From the NCBI GenBank assembly GCA_030248215.1, contig JASANG010002365.1, positions 186,001 to 250,000 on the forward strand: 64,000 nt of DNA, in the 5' to 3' direction. This DNA comes from Enoplolaimus lenunculus (Eukaryota). The notes below the pieces were generated by a model, which was given only the letters and a program-made list of their open reading frames with translations, did no database searches and had not been told where the DNA came from. Shown here piece by piece: positions 1-11,310 of the stretch. The number at the start of each line of letters is the position of its first letter. Within the stretch, counting starts at the first letter, position 1. The position numbers were made by a program, and so were the translations under genes.

Positions 1-238
1 TTTAGCACTTCTCTACTAACTTCACAGGTTTTCTTGTTATGTTCTTTTGGCACATTTTAATTGCGACGTAATTGGCCTGTTTTCAAATTGGCCACGTGTT
101 TGATAAAACCCAAAAGTCGTCAGGCGTACTTGTTTTGCACAAAATGTACCCAGTTGCATACTCTTTGTTTTCATTGTTCGAGTAGGATTCATGAGTGTCA
201 ATTCTTAAAATTGCCACTCGTTAATTCCTACCATCACC

Positions 239-633
239 GGCTCATGTATAGAACAGGGTCGGATCGTTTTCCGGAGGAGCTTTAATAGAGTCAGTTTAAC
301 CTTTAGACTAATTTTTTTGCTTAGGCTTAGGCTTAGGATTAGGCTTAGGCTTAGGCTTAGGCTTAGGCTTAGGCTTAGGCTTAGGCTTACGCTTAGGCTT
401 ACGCTTAGGCTTAGGCTTAGGCTTACGCTTAGGCTTAGGCTTAGGCTTACGCTTAGGCTTAGGAATAGGCTTAGGCTTAGGCTTAGGCTTAGGCTTAGGC
501 TTAGGCTTACGCTTAGGCTTACGCTTAGGCTTAGGCTTAGGCTTAGGAATAGGCTCATACATACGCTTAGGTTTAGGCTTAAACTTAGGAATATGCTTAT
601 ACTACTGTTCCGGCCCTGTTCTTTACATTGGCC
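239..633. mobile_element. GGCC-ended MITE (family A) carrying a ~270-bp (TTAGGC)n array
   Basis: TIRs GGCTCATGTATAGAACAGGGTCGGA / TCCGGCCCTGTTCTTTACATTGGCC enclose a TTAGGC array with TTACGC and TTAGGA variants. Same ends recur many times in the window. Confidence 0.85.
319..590 (+). repeat. Interstitial telomere-type (TTAGGC)n array, ~45 units
   Basis: Directly visible hexamer repeat; TTAGGC is the canonical nematode telomere repeat. Confidence 0.95.
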
Positions 634-1069
634 ACGGTTTTGGTGTAAAGCAGAGAAAAGTTTATTGTGAACGATGCATACTGACTGTTGTGTTTTCTTG
701 TAACATGAGCCTGGTTGATCGAGTTCAATGCTATGGAAGCTGAAACTATTTCTAGGGTTTAGAAGCCGTTAGCATCACTCAGGCAGACATTGATATTCTA
801 TTCAAATTTAGGCAATGCAGTTTTCAAGTTTAGCAAAATCAAACATACACGCTTCAAAACCTCGTGGAGGGGCACCCCTAGAAAGAAGAACATTTTATCT
901 AAAGCTAAAGTATAAGCGTGAATTTTCGTTAATTTAAATTAGTTGAAACTATTTTAAATGTTATAAATAGCAATCATAAAAACCAAACCAAATGCCAGCT
1001 GACCAGATATTAAAAGTTTCAAAAACATCAACCCGGAAGTAGAATTCAAAACCCTAAATGCTGTAATTC

Positions 1070-1223
1070 GGCCAATGTGAAGAACACGGGCGGAACAGTA
1101 TTATAAGCATATTCCCACGCCTAAGCCTAATCCTAAGCCAAGCAAAAAAATTAGTCTAAAGCTTAAGCTTACTTTGTTGGAATCCCACAGAAAAACGTTC
1201 TGCCCCTGATCTTTACATAGGCC
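1070..1223. mobile_element. Family A MITE, short GCCTAA array
   Basis: GGCCAATGTGAAGAAC...CTTTACATAGGCC, flanked on both sides by TAATTC. Confidence 0.8.
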
Positions 1224-2185
1224 TAATTCCGCAGATTCAGTTACATAACCGCTTGGTTACCGGACAGTATTTGTTCCGGCAAAACTTTCAGTATCGACTC
1301 GTATAAAAAATGTACAAAATGAAATTATCTACAAACATTATTTGACACAGTTTAAGTTTGCCTCAGGCACAGCTGTATATGATTTGTATATGCAAATTTT
1401 ATACACTTTTTAAATAAATATTCTAATTTATTTTTAGCGTAAAATATCATTTTTGCAACCGTTTACTATCAGTTCATAGCAGCGGCAGATCCAGCAATTT
1501 CTGACGAGGGCTGCTCGGGTGGGAAGACAAATGTTATCGAACGCAAAAACTGCAACGTAGGAACGTCATCATTTTATCACAAAAAATTTGTGAGGGAAAA
1601 ATTGTAACGTAACGGACATTACCATTTTCGCCCAAAACACTTTTTTCGATGGGGGCGTACGCTTCCCTCTGAATCCGTTAGTGGTTCATAGTCGTTATCT
1701 AAAGTTGAAACAATTATTAGATACGTTGTCTCTACTAAAAGTAAGTTGTTCTGGGAAAGTTTTTACAATTTCAAGTCTTTTTGGGTTATTTTAACCGTTG
1801 GTCGCCATTCGCACCGAAAATTGGTCCGATTTTGGAAATTTTTGCATATTTGAGTTTCTAATGACCTCCACTGAGCATTGCACACACAAATTTGAATTTT
1901 TGAAAAATTCAATATTTATGGACACAAAGTGTCTTTTAAATATTGCGACCATATGCACGAGGGGAATAACCGAAAACAGCCCACGTTTTAGCGTTTCACA
2001 AACTTTTTTATCAATTATATAAAAACGAGATTTCAAATACTGACTGGCATTGCTAATCAACATTTTACCATCAATAGGAAACCGAAAGGTTGGTCGTTCA
2101 AGTAACAGATTGAAATTCGATACTAATGTACGTTTGGGATAGAAATTTTGACTTATTCAATGCGAAAAAGGCTAAGACCAAATTG

Positions 2186-2495
2186 AGACAATGTATAGAA
2201 CAGGGTTGTAACAGTTGTATAAGCATATTCCGAAGCCTAAGCATAAGCCTAAGCCTAAGTGTAAGCTTAAGCGTAAGTGTATGCAATTGCCAATGTATAG
2301 AACAGGGCCGTAACAGTATAAGCATATTCCTAAATCTAAGCCTAAGCCTATAACTGTTAGCGTAACAATGAACTTATACCTAAACGCCTAAGCCTAAGCT
2401 TAAACCAAGGCAAAACGTTAGTCTGAAGCTCAACCTTTACTTACTCTATTGCAGTGCTGCAGAAAAACGTTCCGCTCCTGATCTTTACACTGGTT
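2186..2495. mobile_element. Family A MITE with a duplicated left end
   Basis: CAATGTATAGAACAGGG..GTAACAG occurs twice (~2189, ~2291), followed by GCCTAA repeats and the right end CTGATCTTTACACTGG. Confidence 0.7.
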
Positions 2496-3645
2496 CCAAA
2501 TTGAAATAAAACACCTGACCGAACCAAACGTTAATAATACTGACAGTCAAAATACAGTCGAATAAAATTCAACCAAAAATGCTTTCCTGGCAAAACTAAA
2601 CGAATCTCAAGGAATTTCAGGTCCTTATTTATACAGGATCTAGAAAAATATTATCAAATTTCAAATTCACAAAAATATGTCACAAAATTAATTTTCAATT
2701 TTAATTATACCTAATGTTGTCAAAATTACTATTTGACGTGTGTTTTTGGTAAACAATACCATGTTTATTTGTATTTACCACGCGTCAATCAGGCAAAATT
2801 GAATCTAACACAAGCTAAAACCAACGATAGCTTGGTTCAGGTTAAGCCTAGACAAATCTGGTCAGACATTTCGATAGCCAAATAGACAAACAAAACACAA
2901 AGCCTGTCGATCAGACAGTTCAAGTCCGGATATCTGGGACAAATAATAATTAGAAGTAATTTGACTACGCAGAAACACCGTGACTTGGTTTGTTTCTGTT
3001 TATACTTTGTGAAATTAAATTTGATGAGCGTTTGAAACTGCCGAATTAAACCAAAATTCAAGCGATAGTCGGTCTTTGACGGTTCAAGCCTTTGTTTTTA
3101 GTAAGTGAAATTTTTGAAAGTGACATTGAATTCTAATTCTATATATTTATATTGGATTTCAAAGAATAGAAAGCATATTGTTTTAAAAATTAAACATACA
3201 AAGTAATTCATATAATGTTAAAATATTTAATTAAAACAATCCGCTTTTCTGCTAAGTTTGACTATTCCTTGAAACCCAATAAATTTATATATATATATAT
3301 CACATAAATATATATGTATATTAAATGTATATATATATATATGTCGCGTTGATAGCGAGCTTATAATTGCAAACATTGTTCCAGGTTTTGTAATAAAAAG
3401 AAAAGGCTGTCTTGAACCATTGAAAACTGCGAATAAAAAAAGATAAACTACGAAAAATAATTAAAGAATTTTAATAATATAAGACTAACGAAGCGAGTTA
3501 ACGAACGAACACATCTTACGCACCAACCTAAATACTCCATACAGTGCGAAAGGTCGAAAAACTGCTAGCCGGAGGGAGTGTAAAATGAGAGAGCGAATTA
3601 TAAATAAATTGAACGTTTGAAATAAAAATTTATAATGGGGGTTAA

Positions 3646-3809
3646 GGGTTGCGCTATATTTGACGTTCGTCGCCGTGCGTCATTGTCCATCATCCGTATG
3701 GCGCTGTCCGTCAACGTTCGTAGCATACGTTATCGTATGTGAGTTTTTTGCGTACGATACCGCACGGTGACGGAAGGCGCCGGACGTCAACAAAAGTATA
3801 GCGCAGCCC
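3646..3809. mobile_element. PIF/Harbinger-like MITE
   Basis: TAA|GGGTTGCGCTATA ... TATAGCGCAGCCC|TAA (3-bp TAA TSD). Related copy at 5941-6132. Confidence 0.75.
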
Positions 3810-3849
3810 TAACTGTAAATTAAGCAAAAAATGCTTCTTAGGCCAATAG

Positions 3850-4021
3850 CAATGGCGGATCCATGGGGGGCCACCCCGGCCATGGCCCCCAACAGCATCT
3901 CGACAAAAATTATATAGCAATTTTATGGCAATAGTTCGTGGTTCGTGTGTGGGTCAAAAATAAGTTTATTACCTGTGAAATTTTGCCGCCCCCCCATTTT
4001 GAGATCCTGGATCCGCCACTG
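3850..4021. mobile_element. hAT-like MITE
   Basis: CAATGGCGGATCC ... GGATCCGCCACTG with a perfect 8-bp TSD GCCAATAG on both sides. Confidence 0.8.
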
Positions 4022-4223
4022 GCCAATAGGTATTAAATATCCTTTTCAATATGCCATTAAACAAAGTATTTTACACTGTGTAGTCGAGTTTTCAAAATTT
4101 TGTGCAAAAAGTGACCGTAATTATTTTCGTAAAAAAACTACTGAAAAACTTTATATTTTTCGTCTGAAAAAAGTTTTACCTGAGATGAACCTTTATCTTT
4201 GAATATTGAAACCGTGTCATTAA

Positions 4224-4486
4224 CCCCTTCTCACATTGAGTTGCCCACAGGCAACTCAGCGCAGTGTATATACGTTAAATAATATATATCGCACCGTGTT
4301 TAACAATTGCAACACGTATACATAGTACTAAATCACCACAAGACGTGAGAGCCCCCTCAGGCTCGAGCGTCAAGCTCCTATACCTTAGTGGTGATGGTAT
4401 ACGCCTCTCACTCCAGACACTGGAGTTTGAATCCTAGCATAAAAGTAGGTCTCAGGGGAAATAGAAAATATTCTTGCGATAAAGGG
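4224..4486. mobile_element. piggyBac-like non-autonomous element (family F) with an internal tRNA-like cassette
   Basis: TTAA|CCCCTT...AAAGGG|TTAA. Near-identical copies in reverse orientation at 55541-55806 and 55867-56125. Confidence 0.8.
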
Positions 4487-4702
4487 TTAATGGTTATCAG
4501 TTTATGACTGAAAATCGTTTTCAACAAAAAAGCCGCAACCTGGCGTTGATCCTGTGTAGTGTACATGTCGCAGCGGAATCCGTAACTTTAGCCAATTTGG
4601 AATCGGGGTGAATTACGACTTGGGCTACGACATATATCATGTATAATGCATATGCTAATTGAGGTTTGATATGTTACACACTGAAGTCAAGAATAGAAAC
4701 AG

Positions 4703-4848
4703 CGGTTCATGTATAGAACAGGACAGGAACATTTTCCTGCGGGTCGGTAAAGCCCAAGCTTTAGACTATTTTTTGCTTAGGCTTAGGCTTAGGCTTAGAA
4801 ATATGCTTATACTACTGTTCCGGCACTGTTCTATATATAAATGGTCCG
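4703..4848. mobile_element. Degenerate family A MITE
   Basis: CATGTATAGAACAGG ... TTAGGCTTAGGC ... ATATGCTTATACTACTGTTCCGGCACTGTTCTATA. Confidence 0.7.
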
Positions 4849-5121
4849 AAATTACAAAGACTGTTCGGAACTCCGGTATTAAAAAACGGAAGGCATTTTC
4901 TCTGGAGCTAAAATATAAACTACAAATTTTTGGCCAGAATTAGTAAGTAGAAAGCATCAAGGGCACAACACGCATTTGGTTTCGGAAGGAAATGGCCTTA
5001 TATCAAAAGTTTTTGGACCTGTGTGATTTATAAAAGATATACTCTGCACCCCCTAAAAGCTCTTTATGTCTTGTCTGTCCACAGATTTCTGGAAGGCGTA
5101 TATCCGCTCTATCCCTCCGTT

Positions 5122-5321
5122 GATCCAAAGTTACTTTAAGGGGCGTTCAGGTTTCTGGTGGGTCCATAAAAGAGTAGATTTAGATTCTATTTTACATTTT
5201 TTGCTTAGGTTTAGGCTTTTAGGCTTAGGGTCAGGAATACATTTTTTCAACGCTTAGGCTTAGGCTTAGGCTTAGCAATACGTTTAATCTACTGTTACGA
5301 CCCTTAAAGTAAACGTTGGCC
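5122..5321. mobile_element. Family B MITE (GGCCNATGTTACTTTAAGGGGCG ends) with TTAGGC repeats
   Basis: Same ends and interior as copies at 5585-5848, 32085-32256 and the partial copy at 43048-43137. Confidence 0.7.
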
Positions 5322-5584
5322 TTTCGTTGTATAACGCACCTGGAAAAGATTCTAATATCTGTATCGATTTTTTAAAACCTAATTTAATTGCAACCCACCG
5401 AAATAAAAAAACCAAAAAAAAAAAAAATCCAAAAAAACCCTAACCACAAAAACTCACACCCCCCCAATTTTTTCCCGCAAAACAAAAAAAAAAAAAAAAA
5501 AAAAACTATGCTGTAAGGCTTAGGCTTAAAACAATTTGGCCCTTTCCGCGTTTAAGCTAACGAGCGTGTTTTCATTAATATAAT

Positions 5585-5848
5585 GGCCAATGTTGCTTTA
5601 AGCGGCGTCCAGGATTCTGGTGGGTCCATACAAGAGTGAGTAGGTTTAGATTCTAGATTACATTTTTTGCTTAGGCTTAGGCTTAGGAACTCATTTCTGC
5701 AACGCTTAGGCTTAGGCTTAGGAACTCATTTTTGCAACGCTTAGGCTTATGCTCAGGAACTCATTTTTGCAACGCTTAGGCTTAAACTTCGGCTAAGGCT
5801 TAGGAATACGCCTATTCTACTGTTACGCTCCTTAAACTAACATTGACC
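5585..5848. mobile_element. Family B MITE with an internal ~36-bp tandem triplication
   Basis: GGCCAATGTTGCTTTAAGCGGCG ... CGCTCCTTAAACTAACATTGACC. Unit GCTTAGGCTTAGGCTTAGGAACTCATTTTTGCAAC is repeated ~3 times. Confidence 0.75.
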
Positions 5849-5940
5849 TATTTAATAGTTTGTTTAGCTTACTAATTTAGCTTGTAATTTTTAGAGCAAT
5901 GATTAAGACTACGTTTTAAATTGGTCTCAATGAAGCTTTA

Positions 5941-6132
5941 GGGTTGCGCGTAACTTTACTGGGCCGGACGCAGCCGTTTGCCGCCCCACGCCGCTACACG
6001 TAGCTAAACAAATACACGGACAAAATCCATTCAATGGCGTGTGACAATTTTTGATAAACAAATTTCATTGTACGGCTGCTTGCAGCGTCGCGTGGCGACG
6101 TTCGGCGGCACTCGGCGAGTACAGCGCAACCC
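5941..6132. mobile_element. PIF/Harbinger-like MITE
   Basis: TTA|GGGTTGCGC ... GCGCAACCC ends, shared with 3646-3809. Confidence 0.65.
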
Positions 6133-6316
6133 TTTAAGCTTAATTTAAAGACTGTAACAAGGAGTGGTGCGAGGAAACTTTTCCACTATGAAGCGCGGAA
6201 CTACAAAAGTCCTGGCTTCACTTCAGCGTAAATTTTACTACCTGCTAAAATTTTGTGTCATTTGCAACTTTGCTAGAGCTTAAGCAAGTAGGTACAATTC
6301 TTAACCTTAGCTAGAA

Positions 6317-9300
6317 TTCAAAATCTAAATTTAAGCCTAAAACTAAAGTCTATAGTTTAAAAGTTTTTCAAAATCTAAATTTAAGCCTAAAACTAACGTC
6401 TATAGTTTAAAAGTTTTTCAACATCTAAATTTAAGCCTAAACTTAACGTCTATAGTTTAACAGTTTTTCAAAATCTAAATTTAAGCCTAAACCTAACGTC
6501 TATAGTTTAAAAGTTTTTCAAAATCTAAATTTAAGCCTAAACCTAACGTCTATAGTTTAAAAGTTTTTCAAAATCCAAATTTAAGCCTAAACCTAACGTC
6601 TATAGTTTAAAAGTTTTTCAAAATCCAAATTTAAGCCTAAACCTAACGTCTATAGTTTAAAAGTTTTTCAAAATCCAAATTTAAGCCTAAACCTAACGTC
6701 TATAGTTTAAAAGTTTTTCAAAATCTAAATTTAAGCCTAAACCTAACGTCTATAGTTTAAAAGTTTTTCAAAATCCAAATTTAAGCCTAAACCTAACGTC
6801 TATAGTTTAAAAGTTTTTCAAAATCTAAATTTAAGCCTAAACCTAACGTATATAGTTTAAAAGTTTTTCAAAATCCAAATTTAAGCCTAAACCTAACGTC
6901 TATAGTTTAACAGTTTTTCAAAATCTAAATTTAAGCCTAAAACTAACGTCTATAGTTTAAAAGTTTTTCAAAATCCAAATTTAAGCCTAAACCTAACGTC
7001 TATAGTTTAAAAGTTTTTCAAAATCCAAATTTAAGCCTAAACAATAAGTCTATAGTTTAAAAGTTTTTCAAAATCCAAATTTAAGCCTAAACCTAACGTC
7101 TATAGTTTAAAAGTTTTTCAAAATCTAAATTTAAGCCTAAACCTAACGTCTATAGTTTAAAAGTTTTTCAAAATCCAAATTTAAGCCTAAACCTAACGTA
7201 TATATTTTAAAAGTTTTTCAAAATCCAAATTTAAGCCTAAACCTAACGTCTATAGTTTAAAAGTTTTTCAAAATCTAAATTTAAGCCTAAACCTAACGTC
7301 TATAGTTTAAAAGTTTTTCGAAATCCAAATTTAAGCCTAAACCTAACGTCTATAGTTTAACAGTTTTTCATAATCTAAATTTAAGCCTAAAACTAAAGTC
7401 TATAGTTTAAAAGTTTTTCAAAATCTAAATTTAAGACTTAAAAGTTTTTCAACATCTAAATTTAAGCCTAAACCTAACGTCTATAGTTTAACAGTTTTTC
7501 AAAATCTAAATTTAAGCCTAAACCTAACGTCTATAGTTTAACAGTTTTTCAAAATCTAAATTTAAGCCTAAACCTAACGTCTATAGTTTAACAGTTTTTC
7601 AAAATCTAAATTTAAGCCTAAACCTAACGTCTATAGTTTAACAGTTTTTCAAAATCTAAATTTAAGCCTAAACCTAACGTCTATAGTTTAAAAGTTTTTC
7701 AACATCTAAATTTAAGCCTAAACCTAACGTCTATAGTTTAAAAGTTTTTCAAAATCCAAATTTAAGCCTAAACCTAACGTCTATAGTTTAAAAGTTTTTC
7801 AAAATCTAAATTTAAGCCTAAACCTAACGTCTATAGTTTAAAAGTTTTTCAAAATCCAAATTTAAGCCTAAACCTAACGTCTATAGTTTAAAAGTTTTTC
7901 AAAATCCAAATTTAAGCCTAAACCTAACGTCTATATTAAAAGTTTTTCAAAATCTAAATTTAAGCCTAAACCTAACGTCTATAGTTTAAAAGTTTTTCAA
8001 CATCTAAATTTAAGCCTAAACCTAACGTCTATAGTTTAAAAGTTTTTCAAAATCCAAATTGAAGCCTAAACCTAACGTCTATAGTTTAAAAGTTTTTCAA
8101 AATCCAAATTTAAGCCTAAACCTAACGTCTATAGTTTAAAAGTTTTTCAAAATCTAAATTTAAGCCTAAACCTAACGTCTATAGTTTAAAAGTTTTTCAA
8201 AATCCAAATTTAAGCCTAAACCTAACGTCTATAGTTTAACAGTTTATCAAAATCTAAATAAAACCCTAAAACAAAAGACTCTAGTTAAAAACTTTATCAA
8301 AATATAAAATTAAGACTAAAACTAAAGTCTATAGTATAATATTTATTCAACATCTTATTTTAAGCCTAAACCTAACGTCTATAGTTTAACAGTTTTTCAA
8401 AATCTAAATTTAAGCCTAAACCTAACGTCTATAGTTTAAGTTTTTCAAAATCTAAATTTAAGCCTAAAACTAAAGTCTATAGTTTAAAAGTTTTTCAACA
8501 TCTAAATTTAAGCCTAAACCTAACGTCTATAGTTTAACAGTTTTTCAAAATCTAAATTTAAGCCTAAACCTAACGTCTATAGTTTAAGTTTTTCAAAATC
8601 TAAATTTAAGCCTAAAACTAAAGTCTATAGTTTAAAAGTTTTTCAAAATCTAAATTTAATCCTAAAACTAAAGTCTATAGTTTAAAAGTTTTTCAAAATC
8701 TAAATTTAAGCCTAAAACTAAAGTCTATAGTTTAAAAGTTTTTCAAAATCTAAATTTAAGCCTAAACCTAACGTCTATAGTTTAAAAGTTTTTCAAAATC
8801 CAAATTTAAGCCTAAACCTAACGTCTATAGTTTAAAAGTTTTTCAAAATCTAAATTTAAGCCTAAACCTAACGTCTATAGTTTAAAAGTTTTTCAAAATC
8901 CAAATTTAAGCCTAAACCTAACGTCTATAGTTTAAAAGTTTTTCAAAATCCAAATTTAAGCCTAAACCTAACGTCTATAGTTTAAAAGTTTTTCAAAATC
9001 CAAATTTAAGCCTAAACCTAACGTCTATAGTTTAAAAGTTTTTCAAAATCCAAATTTAAGCCTAAACCTAACGTCTATAGTTTAAAAGTTTTTCAAAATC
9101 CAAATTTAAGCCTAAACCTAACGTCTATAGTTTAAAAGTTTTTCAAAATCCAACTTTAAGCCTAAACCTAACGTCTATGGTTTAAAAGTTTTTCAAAATC
9201 CAAATTTAAGCCTAAACCTAACGTCTATAGTTTAAAAGTTTTTCAAAATCCAAATTTAAGCCTAAACCTAACGTCTATAGTTTAAAAGTTTTTCAAAATC

Positions 9301-10347
9301 CAAATTTAAGCCTAAACCTAACGTCTATAGTTTAAAAGTTTTTCAAAAATCCAAATTTAAGCCTAAACCTAACGTCTATAGTTTAAAAGTTTTTCAAAAT
9401 CCAAATTTAAGCCTAAAATTAACGTCTATAGTTTAAAAGTTTTTCAAAATCCAAATTTTAAGCCTAAACCTAACGTCTATTAACTTTAAAAGTTTTCAAA
9501 ATCCAAATTTAAGCCTAAACCTAACGTCTATAGTTTAAAAGTTTTTTTAAAATCCAAACTTAAGCCTAAACCTAACGTCTATAGTTTAAAAGTTTTTCAA
9601 AATCCAAATTTAAGCCTAAACCTAACGTCTATAGTTTAAAAGTTTTTCAAAATCCAAATTTAAGCCTAAACCTAACGTCTATAGTTTAAAAGTTTTTCAA
9701 AATCCAAATTTAAGCCTAAACCTAACGTCTATAGTTTAAAAGTTTTTCAAAATCCAAATGTAAGCCTAAACCTAACGTATATAAGTTTAAAAGTTTTTCA
9801 AAATCAAAATTTAAGCCTAAACCTAACGTCTATAGTTTAAAAGTTTTTCAAAATCCAAATTTAAGACTAAACCTAACGTCTATAGTTTAAAAGTTTTTCA
9901 GAATCCCAAATTTAAGCCTAAACCTAACGTCTATAGTTTTAAAAGTTTTTCAAAATCCAAATTTTAAGCCTAAACCTAACGTCTATAGTTTAAAATTTTT
10001 TAAAAATCCTACTTTAAGCCTAAACCTATCGTCTATAGTTTAAAAGTTTTTCAAAATCCAAATTTAAGCCTAAACCTAACGTCTATAGTTTAAAAGTTTT
10101 TCAAAATCCAAATTTAAGCCTAAACCTAACGTCTATAGTTTAAAAGTTTTTCAAAATCCAAATTTAAGCCTAAACCTAACGTCTATAGTTTAAAAGTTTT
10201 TCAAAATCCAAATTTAAGCCTAAACCTAACGTCTATAGTTTAAAAGTTTTTCAAAATCCAAATTTAAGCCTAAACCTAACGTCTATAGTTTAAAAGTTTT
10301 TCAAAATCCAAATTTAAGCCTAAACCTAACGTCTATAGTTTAAAAGT
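6317..10347. repeat. Tandem satellite, 50-bp monomer, ~80 copies
   Basis: Consensus AAAT(C/T)... AAATCCAAATTTAAGCCTAAACCTAACGTCTATAGTTTAAAAGTTTTTCA repeated head-to-tail with few indels. Confidence 0.98.
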
Positions 10348-10397
10348 TTAACCTTGAACTGTTGATCTCAGTTTAGTCACCAGTTAATAACTACATA

Positions 10398-10576
10398 CAC
10401 TGCAAAAAATGGCGAGTCAAATTGTCTGTCTCCGAAATAGGCTTTCCAGTACTACACAAACTGAGTCAAACTCGACCCACTAAGCGACTCGGGTGAGTGG
10501 AAATTTGACTCAATTTGTACAGTCCGGAAAAGCCTATTTCGGAGCGAGTCAATTTGACTCGCCATTTTTTGCAGTG
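10398..10576. mobile_element. CACTG-ended palindromic MITE (family C; CMC/EnSpm-Mirage-like)
   Basis: TA|CACTGCAAAAAATGGCGAGTCAAATTG...CAATTTGACTCGCCATTTTTTGCAGTG|TA, long TIRs. Confidence 0.85.
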
Positions 10577-11310
10577 TACATATATATAATGTGAAATATA
10601 CGAAGCATTGCCCAACTACCGTATCCTATTGTTAAGGGCTGTATGCTCCAGTCAGATTTATTTACCAGAACAATGTTTATTTGTCAAATTGGTGATGGTT
10701 TAGTCGTTGCCATGGGTGCTACTGTACCTTTGTATATTCTCTTGTCCATAAATTGGACTATCGTTGATGTCAGCCATTGCGAAGTGGAATGAGCGTTATT
10801 AAGCTTAGCTTAGTAGTTTTTGACTACAACTGGGGCTATAAAATATTTTGTTTTTGTCTTTCGGTAGTGTCGGTGAGAGATTGAAGGTTTACGCCAATTG
10901 GTCTTGGCTACATCCGGTGGTGCTGGAAACTGCTGACTGTAGAATTACGTGCATTAAGAATCACTTAACGCTTATTTTGATTGAAACATACCATTTTATG
11001 TCGATGCAGTAATAAAAAATCTGAATACTTAATCGAAACGTGGTTGGTTTGTATTAAACGATTCGCTTTAAGATAGAATTGTGTTTGGGAAAAATTCACG
11101 ACCACAATTGCCGGGTCTTTGGGCACAAATTCTACCGCAACCGGAACCAGAGGTTTAATTAAGAGCCGATGCCTTTCATAAAATGAGTGTATCATTAAAA
11201 TATACCTTGTCATTGACTTTTGTAGCACTTTAAAATATCTACGTTTGTTTAGTATGATTTAAACTCAAGTTCAAACTCTCATTGAAGTCAAGAAATAACC
11301 GACGTTAGCA

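Noticed and set aside
319..590. True chromosome end or telomere-addition site
   Set aside because: The array is short, contains variant units and is enclosed by TIRs with ordinary sequence on both sides.
205..670. ORFs with PK, LS or LR dipeptide repeats
   Set aside because: They are translations of the TTAGGC hexamer array inside a MITE.
5395..5510. A/C homopolymer-rich stretch (also 47335-47430 and degraded monomers at ~8240-8360)
   Set aside because: Looks like low-quality consensus sequence rather than biology; needs read-level checking.
6317..10347. CRISPR array
   Set aside because: Head-to-tail monomers with no unique spacers, no cas genes, eukaryotic context.
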